Assembly (NCBI GenBank): GCA_902562645.1
Contig: CACETY010000003.1
Coordinates: 17,569 to 81,568 of the forward strand
Origin: an uncultured Pelagibacteraceae bacterium
GTDB taxonomy: Bacteria; Pseudomonadota; Alphaproteobacteria; Pelagibacterales; Pelagibacteraceae
Length of the DNA: 64,000 bases
Direction: 5' to 3'
The notes beneath the pieces were generated by a model that ran no database searches, had not been told where the DNA came from, and saw only the letters and a list, made by a program, of their open reading frames with translations. Numbering within the stretch: position 1 is the first letter of the stretch; each line of letters opens with the position of its first letter. The translations under genes were made by a program, and so were the position numbers. This document shows positions 19,279 to 30,264 of the stretch, in pieces.

Positions 19279-20290
19279 TTTTTATTTCAAAAAATTAGAA
19301 GATCCAAGAATAAAGAAAATTTACTTAAATTTTAAAAAAAAAATTTTTAACAATACCCCAAACAGTTTTTGTGTAGCTGTCTCAGGAGGCCCAGACAGTA
19401 TGGCTTTATCATTCTTGGCCAAATGTTATTCTATAGAAAATAACAAAAAAGTATATTTTTATATAGTAGACCATAAACTTAGAAAAAATTCTACTTCGGA
19501 AGCTCATTTTGTTAAAAAAAAACTAAAATCATTTCAAATTTTAAGTAAAATACTTACGATTAAAAAAGAAAACATATCAAAAAATATTCAATCTTTTGCG
19601 AGAGAAAATAGATACAAATTAATTATCAAAGAGAGTTTAATTAAAAAAATCGATATGATTTTAACCGCACACCATATTGACGATTTGATTGAAAATTTTT
19701 TTATTAGATTATTAAGGGGATCGGGTTTAAAAGGTTTAATTTCATTTAGTAAAATTAAATCTAAGGTAAAACTTAATGATAAAGTTTTTATTTTGAGGCC
19801 ATTGATTGATATTCCTAAAAAGGATTTAGCATATATCTCAAAAAATACTTTTAATTATAATGTTAAGGACCCTTCTAACTTAGATGATAAATTTTTAAGA
19901 GCAAAAGTAAGGAAACTAATTTTAAATTTAGAAAAAGAGGGATTAACATTAAACAAATTTAAATTATCTTTGAACAATCTAAATAAAAGCAATAATGCTA
20001 TAGAATATTATGTCCAGAAAAATATTAATAATAATTCAAAATATTTAAGATTAGCCAAAAAAGTTATTTTAAAAGATGAATTTCTTAAACAACCTGATGA
20101 AATATTATTTAGATCATTATCAGAAGTAATTCAAAAAGTTGGAAAAAAAGATACTTTTACTCGAGGTGCGAAGGTCGAAAACTTAATAAAATTTTTAAGA
20201 TCTTTTAATAATCATAAGAAAAAAACACTTTCAGGATGTATAATTCAAAAACTTGAGAATTCAGTCGTTATTTCTGCAGAAAAAAGTTAA
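19238..20290 (+). CDS. tilS: tRNA(Ile)-lysidine synthetase (start uncertain)
   Basis: VAVSGGPDSMAL PP-loop, DHKLR, AHHIDD, RGSG, LRPL, DPSN. Confidence 0.94.
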   Translation: MQKKNLSVKKKIHNFYFKKLEDPRIKKIYLNFKKKIFNNTPNSFCVAVSGGPDSMALSFLAKCYSIENNKKVYFYIVDHKLRKNSTSEAHFVKKKLKSFQILSKILTIKKENISKNIQSFARENRYKLIIKESLIKKIDMILTAHHIDDLIENFFIRLLRGSGLKGLISFSKIKSKVKLNDKVFILRPLIDIPKKDLAYISKNTFNYNVKDPSNLDDKFLRAKVRKLILNLEKEGLTLNKFKLSLNNLNKSNNAIEYYVQKNINNNSKYLRLAKKVILKDEFLKQPDEILFRSLSEVIQKVGKKDTFTRGAKVENLIKFLRSFNNHKKKTLSGCIIQKLENSVVISAEKS

Positions 20291-20353
20291 AATAGACACA
20301 AATTGGCACAAATTGACACTTGTTAAATGTATAATAATTCTTAATTTATAGCT

Positions 20354-22246
20354 ATGAATTTCAAAAATCTAGCTATGTGGGCAGTTATAGTTATCTTAAC
20401 TATTGGCCTATACAATATGTTTAAGAATCCACAAGGGTCAGTAAATCAAAAAAATAATATCATATTCTCAGAATTTTTAACACAAGTTGATAATGGGCGA
20501 GTTGTTCAAGTAGAAATTCAAGGAAAAAATATTAAGGGTGTAATGTCTAATGGGGAAATCTTTAATACTTATGCTCCTGATGATCCAAATTTGATACAAA
20601 AATTGAGTGATAAAGGTGTGAGTATCTCAGCGAGCCCATTAGAGGAAAAAATGCCTTCATTATTTGGAATTCTTTTGTCATGGTTCCCAATGCTGCTTTT
20701 AATTGCGGTTTGGATATTCTTCATGAGACAGATGCAAGGTGGTAAAGGCGGAGCAATGGGTTTTGGAAAATCAAAAGCCAAGATGATGAATGAGATAAAA
20801 GGTAAAGTTACATTTAATGATGTAGCTGGAGTAGAGGAGGCTAAGGAGGAAGTTGAAGAAGTAGTTGAATTTTTAAAAGATCCAAAAAAATTCAGCAGAC
20901 TGGGAGGAAAAATACCTCGTGGGTGTCTTCTAGTCGGACCTCCAGGTACAGGTAAAACTTTATTAGCTAGGGCGATTGCAGGTGAGGCAGGTGTTCCATT
21001 CTTTACAATATCAGGATCAGACTTTGTAGAAATGTTTGTTGGTGTAGGAGCTTCAAGAGTTCGTGATATGTTTGAACAAGGAAAAAAACACGCACCGTGT
21101 ATAATATTTATTGACGAGATTGATGCTGTAGGAAGAAGTAGAGGTGCAGGTTTAGGTGGTGGTAACGATGAGAGAGAACAAACACTTAATCAATTACTTG
21201 TAGAGATGGATGGTTTTGATACAAATGAAGGTGTAATAATTATTGCAGCAACTAACAGACCTGACGTACTTGATCCAGCTTTATTAAGGCCAGGAAGATT
21301 TGATAGACAGGTTGTGGTTTCTAATCCTGACTTACTAGGAAGAGAAAAAATATTAAAAGTACATGCTAAGAAAATATCTATGGCGCCAGATGTGAATTTA
21401 AGAACGATTGCCAGAGGGACTCCTGGGTTTTCTGGTGCTGATCTTGCTAATTTAGTAAATGAGGCTGCATTATTAGCAGCTAGGAAAAATAAAAGAATAG
21501 TCACTTATATGGAATTCGAGGAAGCAAAAGATAAAGTAATGATGGGGTCAGAGAGAAGGTCAATGGTGATGAGCGAAGAAGAGAAAAAATTAACTGCTTA
21601 TCACGAAGCCGGCCATGCTATTGTTACCATAAATGAAAAGGCAGCATATCCAATACATAAAGCAACAATTATCCCTAGAGGAAGAGCACTAGGAATGGTA
21701 ATGCAACTTCCAGAGAGAGATGAGGTTTCTCAAACAAGAGAACAATTACATGCTCAAATGGCTATAGCAATGGGCGGTAGGGTTGCAGAAGAGATTATAT
21801 TTGGTGATGATAAGGTGACAACTGGTGCAGCAAGCGATATAGAGCAAGCCACAAAAAGAGCAAGAGCTATGGTAATGAGAGCAGGATTAAGTAAAGAACT
21901 TGGTCCAGTTGCTTATGGTGAAAATGAGGAAGAAGTTTTTCTTGGGAGATCTGTGGCAAGACAACAAAATATGTCTGAAGAAACTGCAAGAAAAGTAGAC
22001 ACTGAGATAAGAAAATTTGTTGATAAAGGTTACGATAGAGCAAAAAAAGTTTTGACTGAAAAAATTGATGATTTACATAAATTAGCTAAAGCTTTGCTTA
22101 CTTATGAAACATTGACGGGTCAGGAAATTGAAGACATAGTGAATAAAAATTTATATCCAAAAAATAAAGAAGATTTAAAAGTAGAGGAAGATGAACAAAG
22201 TTCTGCTTTAGGTTCAATGGGACTAAAACCGAAGATTGTTCATTAA
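20354..22246 (+). CDS. ftsH: ATP-dependent zinc metalloprotease FtsH
   Basis: [26 protein letters not shown]. Confidence 0.99.
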   Translation: MNFKNLAMWAVIVILTIGLYNMFKNPQGSVNQKNNIIFSEFLTQVDNGRVVQVEIQGKNIKGVMSNGEIFNTYAPDDPNLIQKLSDKGVSISASPLEEKMPSLFGILLSWFPMLLLIAVWIFFMRQMQGGKGGAMGFGKSKAKMMNEIKGKVTFNDVAGVEEAKEEVEEVVEFLKDPKKFSRLGGKIPRGCLLVGPPGTGKTLLARAIAGEAGVPFFTISGSDFVEMFVGVGASRVRDMFEQGKKHAPCIIFIDEIDAVGRSRGAGLGGGNDEREQTLNQLLVEMDGFDTNEGVIIIAATNRPDVLDPALLRPGRFDRQVVVSNPDLLGREKILKVHAKKISMAPDVNLRTIARGTPGFSGADLANLVNEAALLAARKNKRIVTYMEFEEAKDKVMMGSERRSMVMSEEEKKLTAYHEAGHAIVTINEKAAYPIHKATIIPRGRALGMVMQLPERDEVSQTREQLHAQMAIAMGGRVAEEIIFGDDKVTTGAASDIEQATKRARAMVMRAGLSKELGPVAYGENEEEVFLGRSVARQQNMSEETARKVDTEIRKFVDKGYDRAKKVLTEKIDDLHKLAKALLTYETLTGQEIEDIVNKNLYPKNKEDLKVEEDEQSSALGSMGLKPKIVH

Positions 22247-22252
22247 AATTTA

Positions 22253-23305
22253 ATGCAAAAATATTACACAAGAGCGTGTAATTTTTATTATAACAGAACA
22301 TCCAGAGAAAAAGTTAGAAAAAAGATTTCTCTTCCAGTTAGTGGGAACAAATCACTTTCATTTGATACAATTGAAATCATTACCAGGACTAATAAAAAAA
22401 AAATAAATATAAGAAGTATTAAAAACCTACCATTAAAAATTAAAAGAAAAATTTTAATTGATATAGATAATATATCCAAAGCTAAAAAAATTCCTAAATT
22501 AAAATTTGATAATTTTCCATTATTAATGGGTATTTTAAATATTACACCAGATAGTTTTTCTGACGGTGGAAAATTTAATAATAAAATTTCTGCAAGAAAA
22601 CAGATTAATACATTAATAAATGATGGAGCTAAAATAATTGATGTAGGTGGAGAGTCCACAAGACCAGGCTCAAAAGAAATTCTTCAAACAGAGGAGTGGC
22701 TGAGATTAAATAAAGTTATGAAGTATTTAAAATCTAAAACTTTTTTTGTTTCCTTAGATACTAGAAAAAGTTTTGTAATGAAAAAAGCTTTGAAATATAA
22801 ACTAGACTTAATTAATGATGTATCTGGTTTAAGCTATGACAACGAGACAATTGATTTTTTAAAAACAACTAAGTTACCATTTGTTCTACATCACATGAAA
22901 GGTAACACAGAAACAATGCAAAAAAATCCTAGTTACAATAATGTTTTATTGGATATCTATGACTATTTTGAAGATAAGCTGAGATTAATCAGAAAAAGTG
23001 GAATTAAACATAATCACATTATTTTAGATCCAGGAGTAGGATTTGGTAAAAATATGAAACATAATATTACCTTAATTAATAATATTTCTATTTTTCATTC
23101 TTTAGGATTGCCAGTAATGTTGGGGCTTTCCAGAAAAAAATTTATAAAAGATATATCCGGAAATAATGATAGCAAAGAAAGAATAGGTGGAACTGTGTCT
23201 TCAAGTATCTTTAGCATGTTACAGGGAGTACAAATTCTTAGGGTCCATGATGTTAATGAAGTTAACCAAGGAATTAAAGTTTTTAAAAAACTAAATTTTA
23301 ATTAA
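22253..23305 (+). CDS. folP: Dihydropteroate synthase with N-terminal extension
   Basis: MGILNITPDSFSDGG, GGESTRPG, DPGVGFGK, SRKKF, RVHDV. Confidence 0.95.
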   Translation: MQKYYTRACNFYYNRTSREKVRKKISLPVSGNKSLSFDTIEIITRTNKKKINIRSIKNLPLKIKRKILIDIDNISKAKKIPKLKFDNFPLLMGILNITPDSFSDGGKFNNKISARKQINTLINDGAKIIDVGGESTRPGSKEILQTEEWLRLNKVMKYLKSKTFFVSLDTRKSFVMKKALKYKLDLINDVSGLSYDNETIDFLKTTKLPFVLHHMKGNTETMQKNPSYNNVLLDIYDYFEDKLRLIRKSGIKHNHIILDPGVGFGKNMKHNITLINNISIFHSLGLPVMLGLSRKKFIKDISGNNDSKERIGGTVSSSIFSMLQGVQILRVHDVNEVNQGIKVFKKLNFN

Positions 23306-24636
23306 TGACAAAAAAATACTTCGGTACAGATGGAATAAGAGGAAAAGTAAATGGAAATAAAATAAATGGTGACATGTTTTTTAAGTTTGGTTTGGCTGTT
23401 GGAACATATTTTAATAATAAAAAAAAAACAAAACAGATGGCAATTATTGCTAAAGATACTAGGTTATCAGGATATGCATTAGAACCAGCGTTAGTGTCTG
23501 GTTTAACTTCAGCTGGAATGCACGTTTTAACTTTTGGACCATTGCCAACAAATGGTCTTGCAATGCTTACAAAAAAAATGAGAGCTAATATGGGAATCAT
23601 GATTACTGCATCGCATAATCCTTTTTATGATAATGGTTTAAAATTATTTGGACCAAATGGTTTAAAATTGTCAGATAAAATAGAAAAAAAAATAGAAAAA
23701 TTAATTGATTCTAAAATATCAAAAAAATTATCAAACCCTAAAATATTAGGCAGAGTTAAAAGATTAGAGAATGGCTCAAATAAATATATTGAAATATTAA
23801 AAACAAATTTTCCTAAACAATTTAATTTAAGAGGTTTAAGAATTACAATAGATTGTGCTAATGGAGCTGCATATAAAGTAGGACCTCAATTGTTTAGATC
23901 ATTGGGTGCTACAGTTCATGAAATTGGAACTTCTCCAAATGGATTTAACATAAATAAAAAATGTGGTTCTACATTTCCAAATAAGATTAAATATCATACA
24001 AAAAAAAATAAATCCCATATTGGAATTTCTCTAGACGGTGATGCAGATAGAGTTATTGTTTGTGATGAAAAGGGCAATATTATTGATGGAGATAAAATAA
24101 TAGCAATGCTAGCAACTAGATGGAAAAGAAAAAAAATTTTAAAAGGTGGAGTTGTAGGTACATTAATGTCAAACTATGGATTACAAAAATATTTTTTTGA
24201 AAATAAGATAAATTTTATAAGATCTAAAGTTGGTGATAGATTTGTCAAAGAAGCAATGCAGAAAAGTAAATTTAATTTAGGAGGAGAGCAATCTGGCCAT
24301 ATTATCCTTGGTAAATTTGCAACTACAGGTGATGGTTTGTTGGTAGCATTAGAAATTCTCTTTTCTATGAGAAAAGGCAAAAAGGCGAGTGAAATATTTG
24401 AAAATTTTACACCTACTCCCCAATTATTAGAAAATGTTGAAGTGAAAGATAAATCAATAATTAATAATCTTAAGTGCAAAAATGCTATTAAAAAAGCGAA
24501 TAGTTTAATTAAAGGAAAAGGCAGAATGTTAGTAAGAAAGTCTGGAACAGAACCAGTAGTGAGAATAATGTGTGAAACTTGGGATAAAACTATGCTTTCA
24601 AAATGCATCAATATTGTAAAAAAATCAATTATCTAA
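23305..24636 (+). CDS. glmM: Phosphoglucosamine mutase
   Basis: FGTDGIRG, ITASHNP, DGDADR, GGEQSGH. Confidence 0.97.
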   Translation: MTKKYFGTDGIRGKVNGNKINGDMFFKFGLAVGTYFNNKKKTKQMAIIAKDTRLSGYALEPALVSGLTSAGMHVLTFGPLPTNGLAMLTKKMRANMGIMITASHNPFYDNGLKLFGPNGLKLSDKIEKKIEKLIDSKISKKLSNPKILGRVKRLENGSNKYIEILKTNFPKQFNLRGLRITIDCANGAAYKVGPQLFRSLGATVHEIGTSPNGFNINKKCGSTFPNKIKYHTKKNKSHIGISLDGDADRVIVCDEKGNIIDGDKIIAMLATRWKRKKILKGGVVGTLMSNYGLQKYFFENKINFIRSKVGDRFVKEAMQKSKFNLGGEQSGHIILGKFATTGDGLLVALEILFSMRKGKKASEIFENFTPTPQLLENVEVKDKSIINNLKCKNAIKKANSLIKGKGRMLVRKSGTEPVVRIMCETWDKTMLSKCINIVKKSII

Positions 24637-24637
24637 C

Positions 24638-25450
24638 TTGAAAATAAAATCTAAAATTTTAATAATTGCTGGTTCAGACTCTTCTGGTGGTGCAGGTATA
24701 CAAGCAGACATTAAGACTGTCACATCGCTTGGCTCATATGCCATGACTGCTATAACTGCTATAACATCGCAAAACACAACAGGTGTTAAATCAATCATTC
24801 CAGTGAATAGTAAAGAAATTTCTCATCAAATTGAATTTACAGCAAAAGATATAAAACCAGACGCAGTTAAAATAGGAATGCTTCATTCGATAGAAGTTAT
24901 AAATTCAGTAATGAAATCATTAAAAAAGATAAAAGCAAAAAAAATAATATTAGATCCTGTAATGGTGGCAAAGGGTGGAAAAAAATTAATTAATGACCCT
25001 GCTATTAAAATTTTAAAAAATAAACTTTTGCCTGAAGCTGATTTAATTACACCAAATATACCTGAAGCTGAAGTTTTATCTAATTCAAAAATATCAACTA
25101 TACAGGATGTGATCTCAGCAGGTAAATATTTAATTGAATTGGGTGCAAAAAATGTCCTTATAAAAGGAGGTCATTTAAATTATAAAAATATTCAAGACGT
25201 ATTTATCAATAAAAAAGAAATCACAATCTTTAAAAATAAGAAAATAAATACAAAAAATAGCCATGGTACTGGTTGCACTCTTTCTAGCGCTATAACTACC
25301 TACTTTTCATGTGGAAAAACTTTAAAGAAATCTTGTGAAATGGCAATTAAATATGTAAATCATTCATTAAGAACACAACCAAACTTAGGGAAAGGGCACG
25401 GTCCTGTAAACCATTTAAATAGTATACAAATTAAAAAAAATTTTAGATGA
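24638..25450 (+). CDS. thiD: Hydroxymethylpyrimidine/phosphomethylpyrimidine kinase
   Basis: [32 protein letters not shown]. Confidence 0.96.
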   Translation: MKIKSKILIIAGSDSSGGAGIQADIKTVTSLGSYAMTAITAITSQNTTGVKSIIPVNSKEISHQIEFTAKDIKPDAVKIGMLHSIEVINSVMKSLKKIKAKKIILDPVMVAKGGKKLINDPAIKILKNKLLPEADLITPNIPEAEVLSNSKISTIQDVISAGKYLIELGAKNVLIKGGHLNYKNIQDVFINKKEITIFKNKKINTKNSHGTGCTLSSAITTYFSCGKTLKKSCEMAIKYVNHSLRTQPNLGKGHGPVNHLNSIQIKKNFR

Positions 25451-26739
25451 AGAATGTAGTTGTAGTTGGATCACAATGGGGAGATGAGGGAAAAGGTAAA
25501 ATTGTTGATTGGCTATCAAGTGAGGCTGATGTAATTATAAGATTTCAAGGTGGGCATAACGCTGGCCACACTCTTGTTATAAATAGTATAGTTTACAAAC
25601 TTAGACTATTACCATCAGGAATAGTTAGAAAAAATAAAATATCAATTATTGGAAATGGTGTAGTGGTTGATCCATGGGCTCTTTTAGATGAAATTGATGA
25701 AATTAAATCTAAAGGGGTAGAAGTTAATCCAGATAATTTAATTTTATCTGAGGCAGCCACTCTTATATTGCCTTTTCATAAAGAAATGGATGAGATTAGA
25801 GAGGATGCAGCAGGAAAATCAAAAATAGGTACTACAAGAAGAGGAATAGGACCAGCGTATGAGGATAAGATTGGTAGAAGATCAATAAGAGTAATGGATC
25901 TTGCGTCAGAAAATAATTTGGATAAAAGATTAGACGCAGTATTAAGTCATCATAATGCTATAAGAAAAGGTCTAGGAAAAACTGAATTTAAAAAAGATCA
26001 ATTAAAAAAAAATCTTTTAAACATTGCACCACAAATACTTAAATTTTCACAGCCAGTATGGAAAAAAATAGATGAATTTAAATATGAAAACAAAAAAATA
26101 TTATTTGAAGGTGCTCAAGGAGTTCTTTTAGACGTAGACCATGGGACTTATCCATTTGTAACTTCCTCTAATACTGTCGCCTCGTCTGCGGCAACTGGCT
26201 CAGGCTGTGGTATAAACTCTATTAATTATGTTTTAGGTATTACAAAAGCATACACCACAAGAGTTGGAGAGGGCCCATTTCCAACAGAATTAACTGATGA
26301 GATAGGTGACTTAATTGGAACAAGAGGAAAAGAATTTGGAACTGTTACAAGTCGAAAAAGAAGATGTGGTTGGTTTGACGGGGTCCTTGTAAGACAAACT
26401 CTAAAAATTTCAGGAATCGATGGAATTGCCCTAACTAAACTAGATGTGCTAGATCAACTGGATGAAATTAAAATATGCATCGCTTATGAGATAAATGGTA
26501 AAAAATATGATTACCTTCCAGCCTCAGTGGATGACCAATTTATGGCTAAACCAATCTACAAATCCTTTAAAGGTTGGAAATCTTCAACAGTTGGTATTAA
26601 AAAATTTGAAAATCTACCAGAAAATGCAAAAATTTATATAAAAGAATTGGAAAAGTTTGTAGAGACTAAAATTTCAAGTATATCTACTAGTCCAGAGAGA
26701 AATGATACAATATTAATTCAAGATCCTTTTAATCTTTAA
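25447..26739 (+). CDS. purA: Adenylosuccinate synthetase
   Basis: [26 protein letters not shown]. Confidence 0.98.
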   Translation: MKNVVVVGSQWGDEGKGKIVDWLSSEADVIIRFQGGHNAGHTLVINSIVYKLRLLPSGIVRKNKISIIGNGVVVDPWALLDEIDEIKSKGVEVNPDNLILSEAATLILPFHKEMDEIREDAAGKSKIGTTRRGIGPAYEDKIGRRSIRVMDLASENNLDKRLDAVLSHHNAIRKGLGKTEFKKDQLKKNLLNIAPQILKFSQPVWKKIDEFKYENKKILFEGAQGVLLDVDHGTYPFVTSSNTVASSAATGSGCGINSINYVLGITKAYTTRVGEGPFPTELTDEIGDLIGTRGKEFGTVTSRKRRCGWFDGVLVRQTLKISGIDGIALTKLDVLDQLDEIKICIAYEINGKKYDYLPASVDDQFMAKPIYKSFKGWKSSTVGIKKFENLPENAKIYIKELEKFVETKISSISTSPERNDTILIQDPFNL

Positions 26740-27626
26740 TTTGCTGGTAATAAGTTTTTGGATTTAGCAGAGTTAAGCATGTGCTTTTGAAGCTTTTCAA
26801 AGGCTTTGTTTTCTATTTGTCTTACTCTTTCTCGACTTATTTTATACTTTTTACTCAGATCGTCTAGAGTTATAGGATTATCAGTTAATCTTCTTGAGTA
26901 TAAAATCTTTTTTTCTCTTTCATTTAAAATTTTAATTGAGTCTTGAAGTAGATCTTTTCTTTGTTCCATTTCATCATTTTGCGCAATTTTTAATTCATGA
27001 TCCATATCATTATCTACTACCCAATCTTGCCACTCATCTCCGTCTTCACCTATTGGAGCATTTAAGGATTGTTCTTTTCCTGATAGTCGTCTATTCATTG
27101 AAACAACCTCACTTTCACTTACTGAAAGTCTCTTAGCTATATCCTTAACATGTTCTTTTCTTAGATCCCCCTCTGACCGAGGAGCTATTTGGTTCTTAAT
27201 TTTTTTTAGGTTAAAAAAAAGTTTTTTCTGTGCTGTCGTTGTCCCTATTTTTACTAAACTCCATGATCTCAATATATATTCTTGTATTGAAGCTTTAATC
27301 CACCACATTGCATAAGTTGCAAGTCTAAAACCTTTTTCTGGCTCAAATTTTTTCACTGCTTGCATTAATCCCACATTACCTTCAGATATCATCTCATTAA
27401 GAGGTAAACCGTAACCCTTATAACCCATTGCTATCTTTGCAACTAGTCTCAAATGGCTGGTTACAAGTTTTTCTGCGGATTTTACATTTCCAGTTGATTG
27501 CCAATTTTTAGCTAACATATATTCCTCTTCAGCTGCAAGCATTGGAAATTTCTTAATCTGAGCAAGGTAAGCAGCTAATCCACCTTCATTTGAAAGTGCT
27601 GGTAAGTTATATGTATTTTTATCCAT
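26736..27626 (-). CDS. rpoH: RNA polymerase sigma factor RpoH (sigma-32)
   Basis: [17 protein letters not shown] and the RpoH box QKKLFFNLK. Confidence 0.97.
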   Translation of the reverse strand: MDKNTYNLPALSNEGGLAAYLAQIKKFPMLAAEEEYMLAKNWQSTGNVKSAEKLVTSHLRLVAKIAMGYKGYGLPLNEMISEGNVGLMQAVKKFEPEKGFRLATYAMWWIKASIQEYILRSWSLVKIGTTTAQKKLFFNLKKIKNQIAPRSEGDLRKEHVKDIAKRLSVSESEVVSMNRRLSGKEQSLNAPIGEDGDEWQDWVVDNDMDHELKIAQNDEMEQRKDLLQDSIKILNEREKKILYSRRLTDNPITLDDLSKKYKISRERVRQIENKAFEKLQKHMLNSAKSKNLLPAN

Positions 27627-27672
27627 TCGAAGTATTTATTTAATAAATAATAAAATTTTTACAATGCTTTTA

Positions 27673-28650
27673 TTACTTGATTTTTCTTAGTTTTTTTAAA
27701 ATCTTTTCTAAATCCAATGGTAATTTTGATGTAAATTCAAGTCGTCTATTATTATTAGGATGATTAAAGCCAATAGTTTTCGCATGTAAAAATTGTCTAT
27801 TAAGTCCAGTTATACTATCTTCAAGTTCAGCATCAATACCTACAAATTTTCTATATTTTTTTTTATATTTTTTATCACCTAAAATATTATTACCTTTATA
27901 TGACAAATGAACTCTTATTTGGTGTGTTCTTCCAGTTTCTAGTTTACATTCAACAAGACTAAATGTTGGAATTTTTTCATCTTCAAATATTTCTAAAGTT
28001 TTGTAATTAGTCACAGCCTTTTTGCCTTTCTTAGATGAAACTTCCATCATTTGTCTGTTTCTTGAATTTCGAGTTATAAAAGTCTCTATCTTTCCATTTT
28101 GAGGTCTCATTTTACCCCAAACTAAAGCTTGGTAAACTCTCGTGATAGAGTGATCTGAAAATTGTTTTGATAAATTTTCGTGAGAAATATTATTTTTAGC
28201 AATAACTACTAATCCAGATGTATCTTTGTCTATCCTGTGTACAATTCCAGGTCTCAGTTTATTTCCAATATTTGATAAATTTTTGCTATCATAGTTTATC
28301 AATGCATTTACAATAGTATTATCATAATTTCCTGGTCCAGGATGCATTGAAATTCCTGCAGATTTATTGATAACTATTAAATCTTTATCTTCGTGAACAA
28401 TATCAAGAGAATATTTAAATGGTTTAAGTGTTTCTTTTTTTGGTTCTGAAATCTCAAAATAAATTTCATCATTTAATTTAATTTTCTTAGAAGGATCAGT
28501 AATAATAATATTATTTATTTTTAATTTTTTTTCTAAAATTAAACTTTTTACTCTTGATCTACTTAATTTATCACCCTGATTGGATAATAGAATGTCTATT
28601 CTTGAATTTTTTTCTTTATTTTTAACTTTTATATTTATAATACTTTTCAT
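27673..28650 (-). CDS. rluD: RluA/RluD family pseudouridine synthase (start at ATG 28650)
   Basis: S4 domain, RPGIVHRIDKDTSG, LETGRTHQIRVH, QFLHA; the longer track ORF overlaps the tRNA. Confidence 0.94.
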   Translation of the reverse strand: MKSIINIKVKNKEKNSRIDILLSNQGDKLSRSRVKSLILEKKLKINNIIITDPSKKIKLNDEIYFEISEPKKETLKPFKYSLDIVHEDKDLIVINKSAGISMHPGPGNYDNTIVNALINYDSKNLSNIGNKLRPGIVHRIDKDTSGLVVIAKNNISHENLSKQFSDHSITRVYQALVWGKMRPQNGKIETFITRNSRNRQMMEVSSKKGKKAVTNYKTLEIFEDEKIPTFSLVECKLETGRTHQIRVHLSYKGNNILGDKKYKKKYRKFVGIDAELEDSITGLNRQFLHAKTIGFNHPNNNRRLEFTSKLPLDLEKILKKLRKIK

Positions 28651-28671
28651 ATTGATATAATTATACATTAT

Positions 28672-28748
28672 GCGCTTGTAGCTCAACTGGATAGAGCGCC
28701 AGATTTCGGCTCTGGAGGTTCAGGGTTCGACTCCTTGCGGGCGCACCA
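28672..28748 (+). tRNA. tRNA-Arg, anticodon TCG
   Basis: GCGCTTGTAGCTCAACTGGATAGAGCGCCAGA-TTTCGGC-TCTGGAGGTTCAGGGTTCGACTCCTTGCGGGCGCACCA; anticodon stem CCAGA/TCTGG; Arg-type D-loop GGATA (A20). Confidence 0.95.
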
Positions 28749-29540
28749 TTATTCACCCATATTAATTAAAGTCCCCTTATTTTTTGCTGCATTGAAAGAA
28801 TAATAAAACAAAGCAATTGAAAGAGAGAAATAAAAAGCATTCCACATAAACGCATAGTAAACATTTTCAATGTTAACTGTTTGGTTAATCAAAATATTTC
28901 TAGCCTCTTCAAATATGTAAACTAATGGCAGAACATATGCTATTTTTTGAAATATTTCTGGAAGAGTTTCTATTGGATAATAAATACATCCAAAGGGTGC
29001 GAGTAAAAACATTGTTGACCATGCTATATTTTCAAATGAAGGACCAAATCTAAGCAAACCTGAAGAAACTAAAATACCAAGTGTAATTCCAAAAATATAA
29101 AGACTTAAAAAAAGAAAAAATAAAAATATTCCTAATTCTAAAATTGAAATTCCAAACAATGGGGATGTGAGTAAAATTGCTGGAACCAGACCTATTAGTG
29201 ATCTAATTAAAGCAGTTATAACAAGTGAAGTTAAAATCTCACCAATTCTCATCGGTGCAATGAAAAGATTAGTGAAATTTCTACTCCAAATTTCTTCTAA
29301 AAAAAGCATATTAAAGCCAATACTAGTTCTAAATAAAAAATCATAAAGTATTGCACAGGTAAGAATTACTCCAACTGCATTATTGTAATAAGTTGTATGT
29401 GTAGCAAAAAAATTAGATATGAATCCCCATAATGTAATTTGAATGGTTGGCCAGTAAACTAAATCTAATATTCTAGGAAATGACCTAGTGATTAGATAAA
29501 AATGCCTTAAAAATAAACCATATATTCTAGTTAAACTCAC
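28749..29540 (-). CDS. ABC-2 type transporter permease
   Basis: About six hydrophobic segments, FLEEIWSRNFTNLF, YYPIETLP. Confidence 0.9.
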   Translation of the reverse strand: MSLTRIYGLFLRHFYLITRSFPRILDLVYWPTIQITLWGFISNFFATHTTYYNNAVGVILTCAILYDFLFRTSIGFNMLFLEEIWSRNFTNLFIAPMRIGEILTSLVITALIRSLIGLVPAILLTSPLFGISILELGIFLFFLFLSLYIFGITLGILVSSGLLRFGPSFENIAWSTMFLLAPFGCIYYPIETLPEIFQKIAYVLPLVYIFEEARNILINQTVNIENVYYAFMWNAFYFSLSIALFYYSFNAAKNKGTLINMGE

Positions 29541-30264
29541 TTTTACTCCTTGATAACTTTAAAAAAACTTCCTCTAAATTTGTTCTTCCATGTTTTCTAA
29601 TTAAATCCTCAGGTTTACCTTGATCTATAATTTCTCCATTTTTCATCATTAATACTGATTTACATAAACGTGTGACTTCGTTCATATTATGAGAAGCTAA
29701 TAGTATTGAAATTTTTTTTTCTTTTTTATATTCCTCTAAAAATGTTCTAACAAAATCTCCTACTTCAGGGTCTAAAGATGCAGTTGGTTCGTCAAGCAGC
29801 AGAACTTTTGGTTCATTTACTAAGGCTTTGGCCAAACTTACTCTATTTTTTTGACCTGACGAAAGCTCCCCAGTAATACTGTTTAATAATTCTTCTATTC
29901 TAAGCTTTTCTGACAAATACTCAATTCGTTCCTTAATATTTTGAACTTTATAAAGTTTAGAGTAAACATATAAATTTTGTTTAACTGTAAGTTTTTTAGG
30001 CAGTTCAATATAAGGGGATATAAAATTAATCATTTCAAGAATTTCAATTCTATTTTCCTCAAGTTTAAGATTATTGATAAATATTTGACCACTTGTGGGC
30101 TTAAGTAAGCCTAGCAACATTCCAATGGTTGTTGTTTTTCCAGATCCATTGGGACCTAGCAAACCTAAAATTTCATCTTCTTCAACATTAAAGGATATAC
30201 CTTTTACAGCTTCTTTTTTTCCATAATTTTTTTTTATATTTTTAACTTCAATTAAATTATTCAT
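29527..30264 (-). CDS. ABC transporter ATP-binding protein
   Basis: GPNGSGKTT, LSSGQ, LLDEPT, SH. Confidence 0.95.
   Translation of the reverse strand: MNNLIEVKNIKKNYGKKEAVKGISFNVEEDEILGLLGPNGSGKTTTIGMLLGLLKPTSGQIFINNLKLEENRIEILEMINFISPYIELPKKLTVKQNLYVYSKLYKVQNIKERIEYLSEKLRIEELLNSITGELSSGQKNRVSLAKALVNEPKVLLLDEPTASLDPEVGDFVRTFLEEYKKEKKISILLASHNMNEVTRLCKSVLMMKNGEIIDQGKPEDLIRKHGRTNLEEVFLKLSRSKSEFN

Noticed and set aside
28651-28686. Extended rluD start from the ORF track (similar extensions for gap at 8647, tilS at 19175, degP at 58644)
   Set aside because: The extensions overlap a tRNA or neighbouring genes; downstream ATGs match homolog N-termini better.
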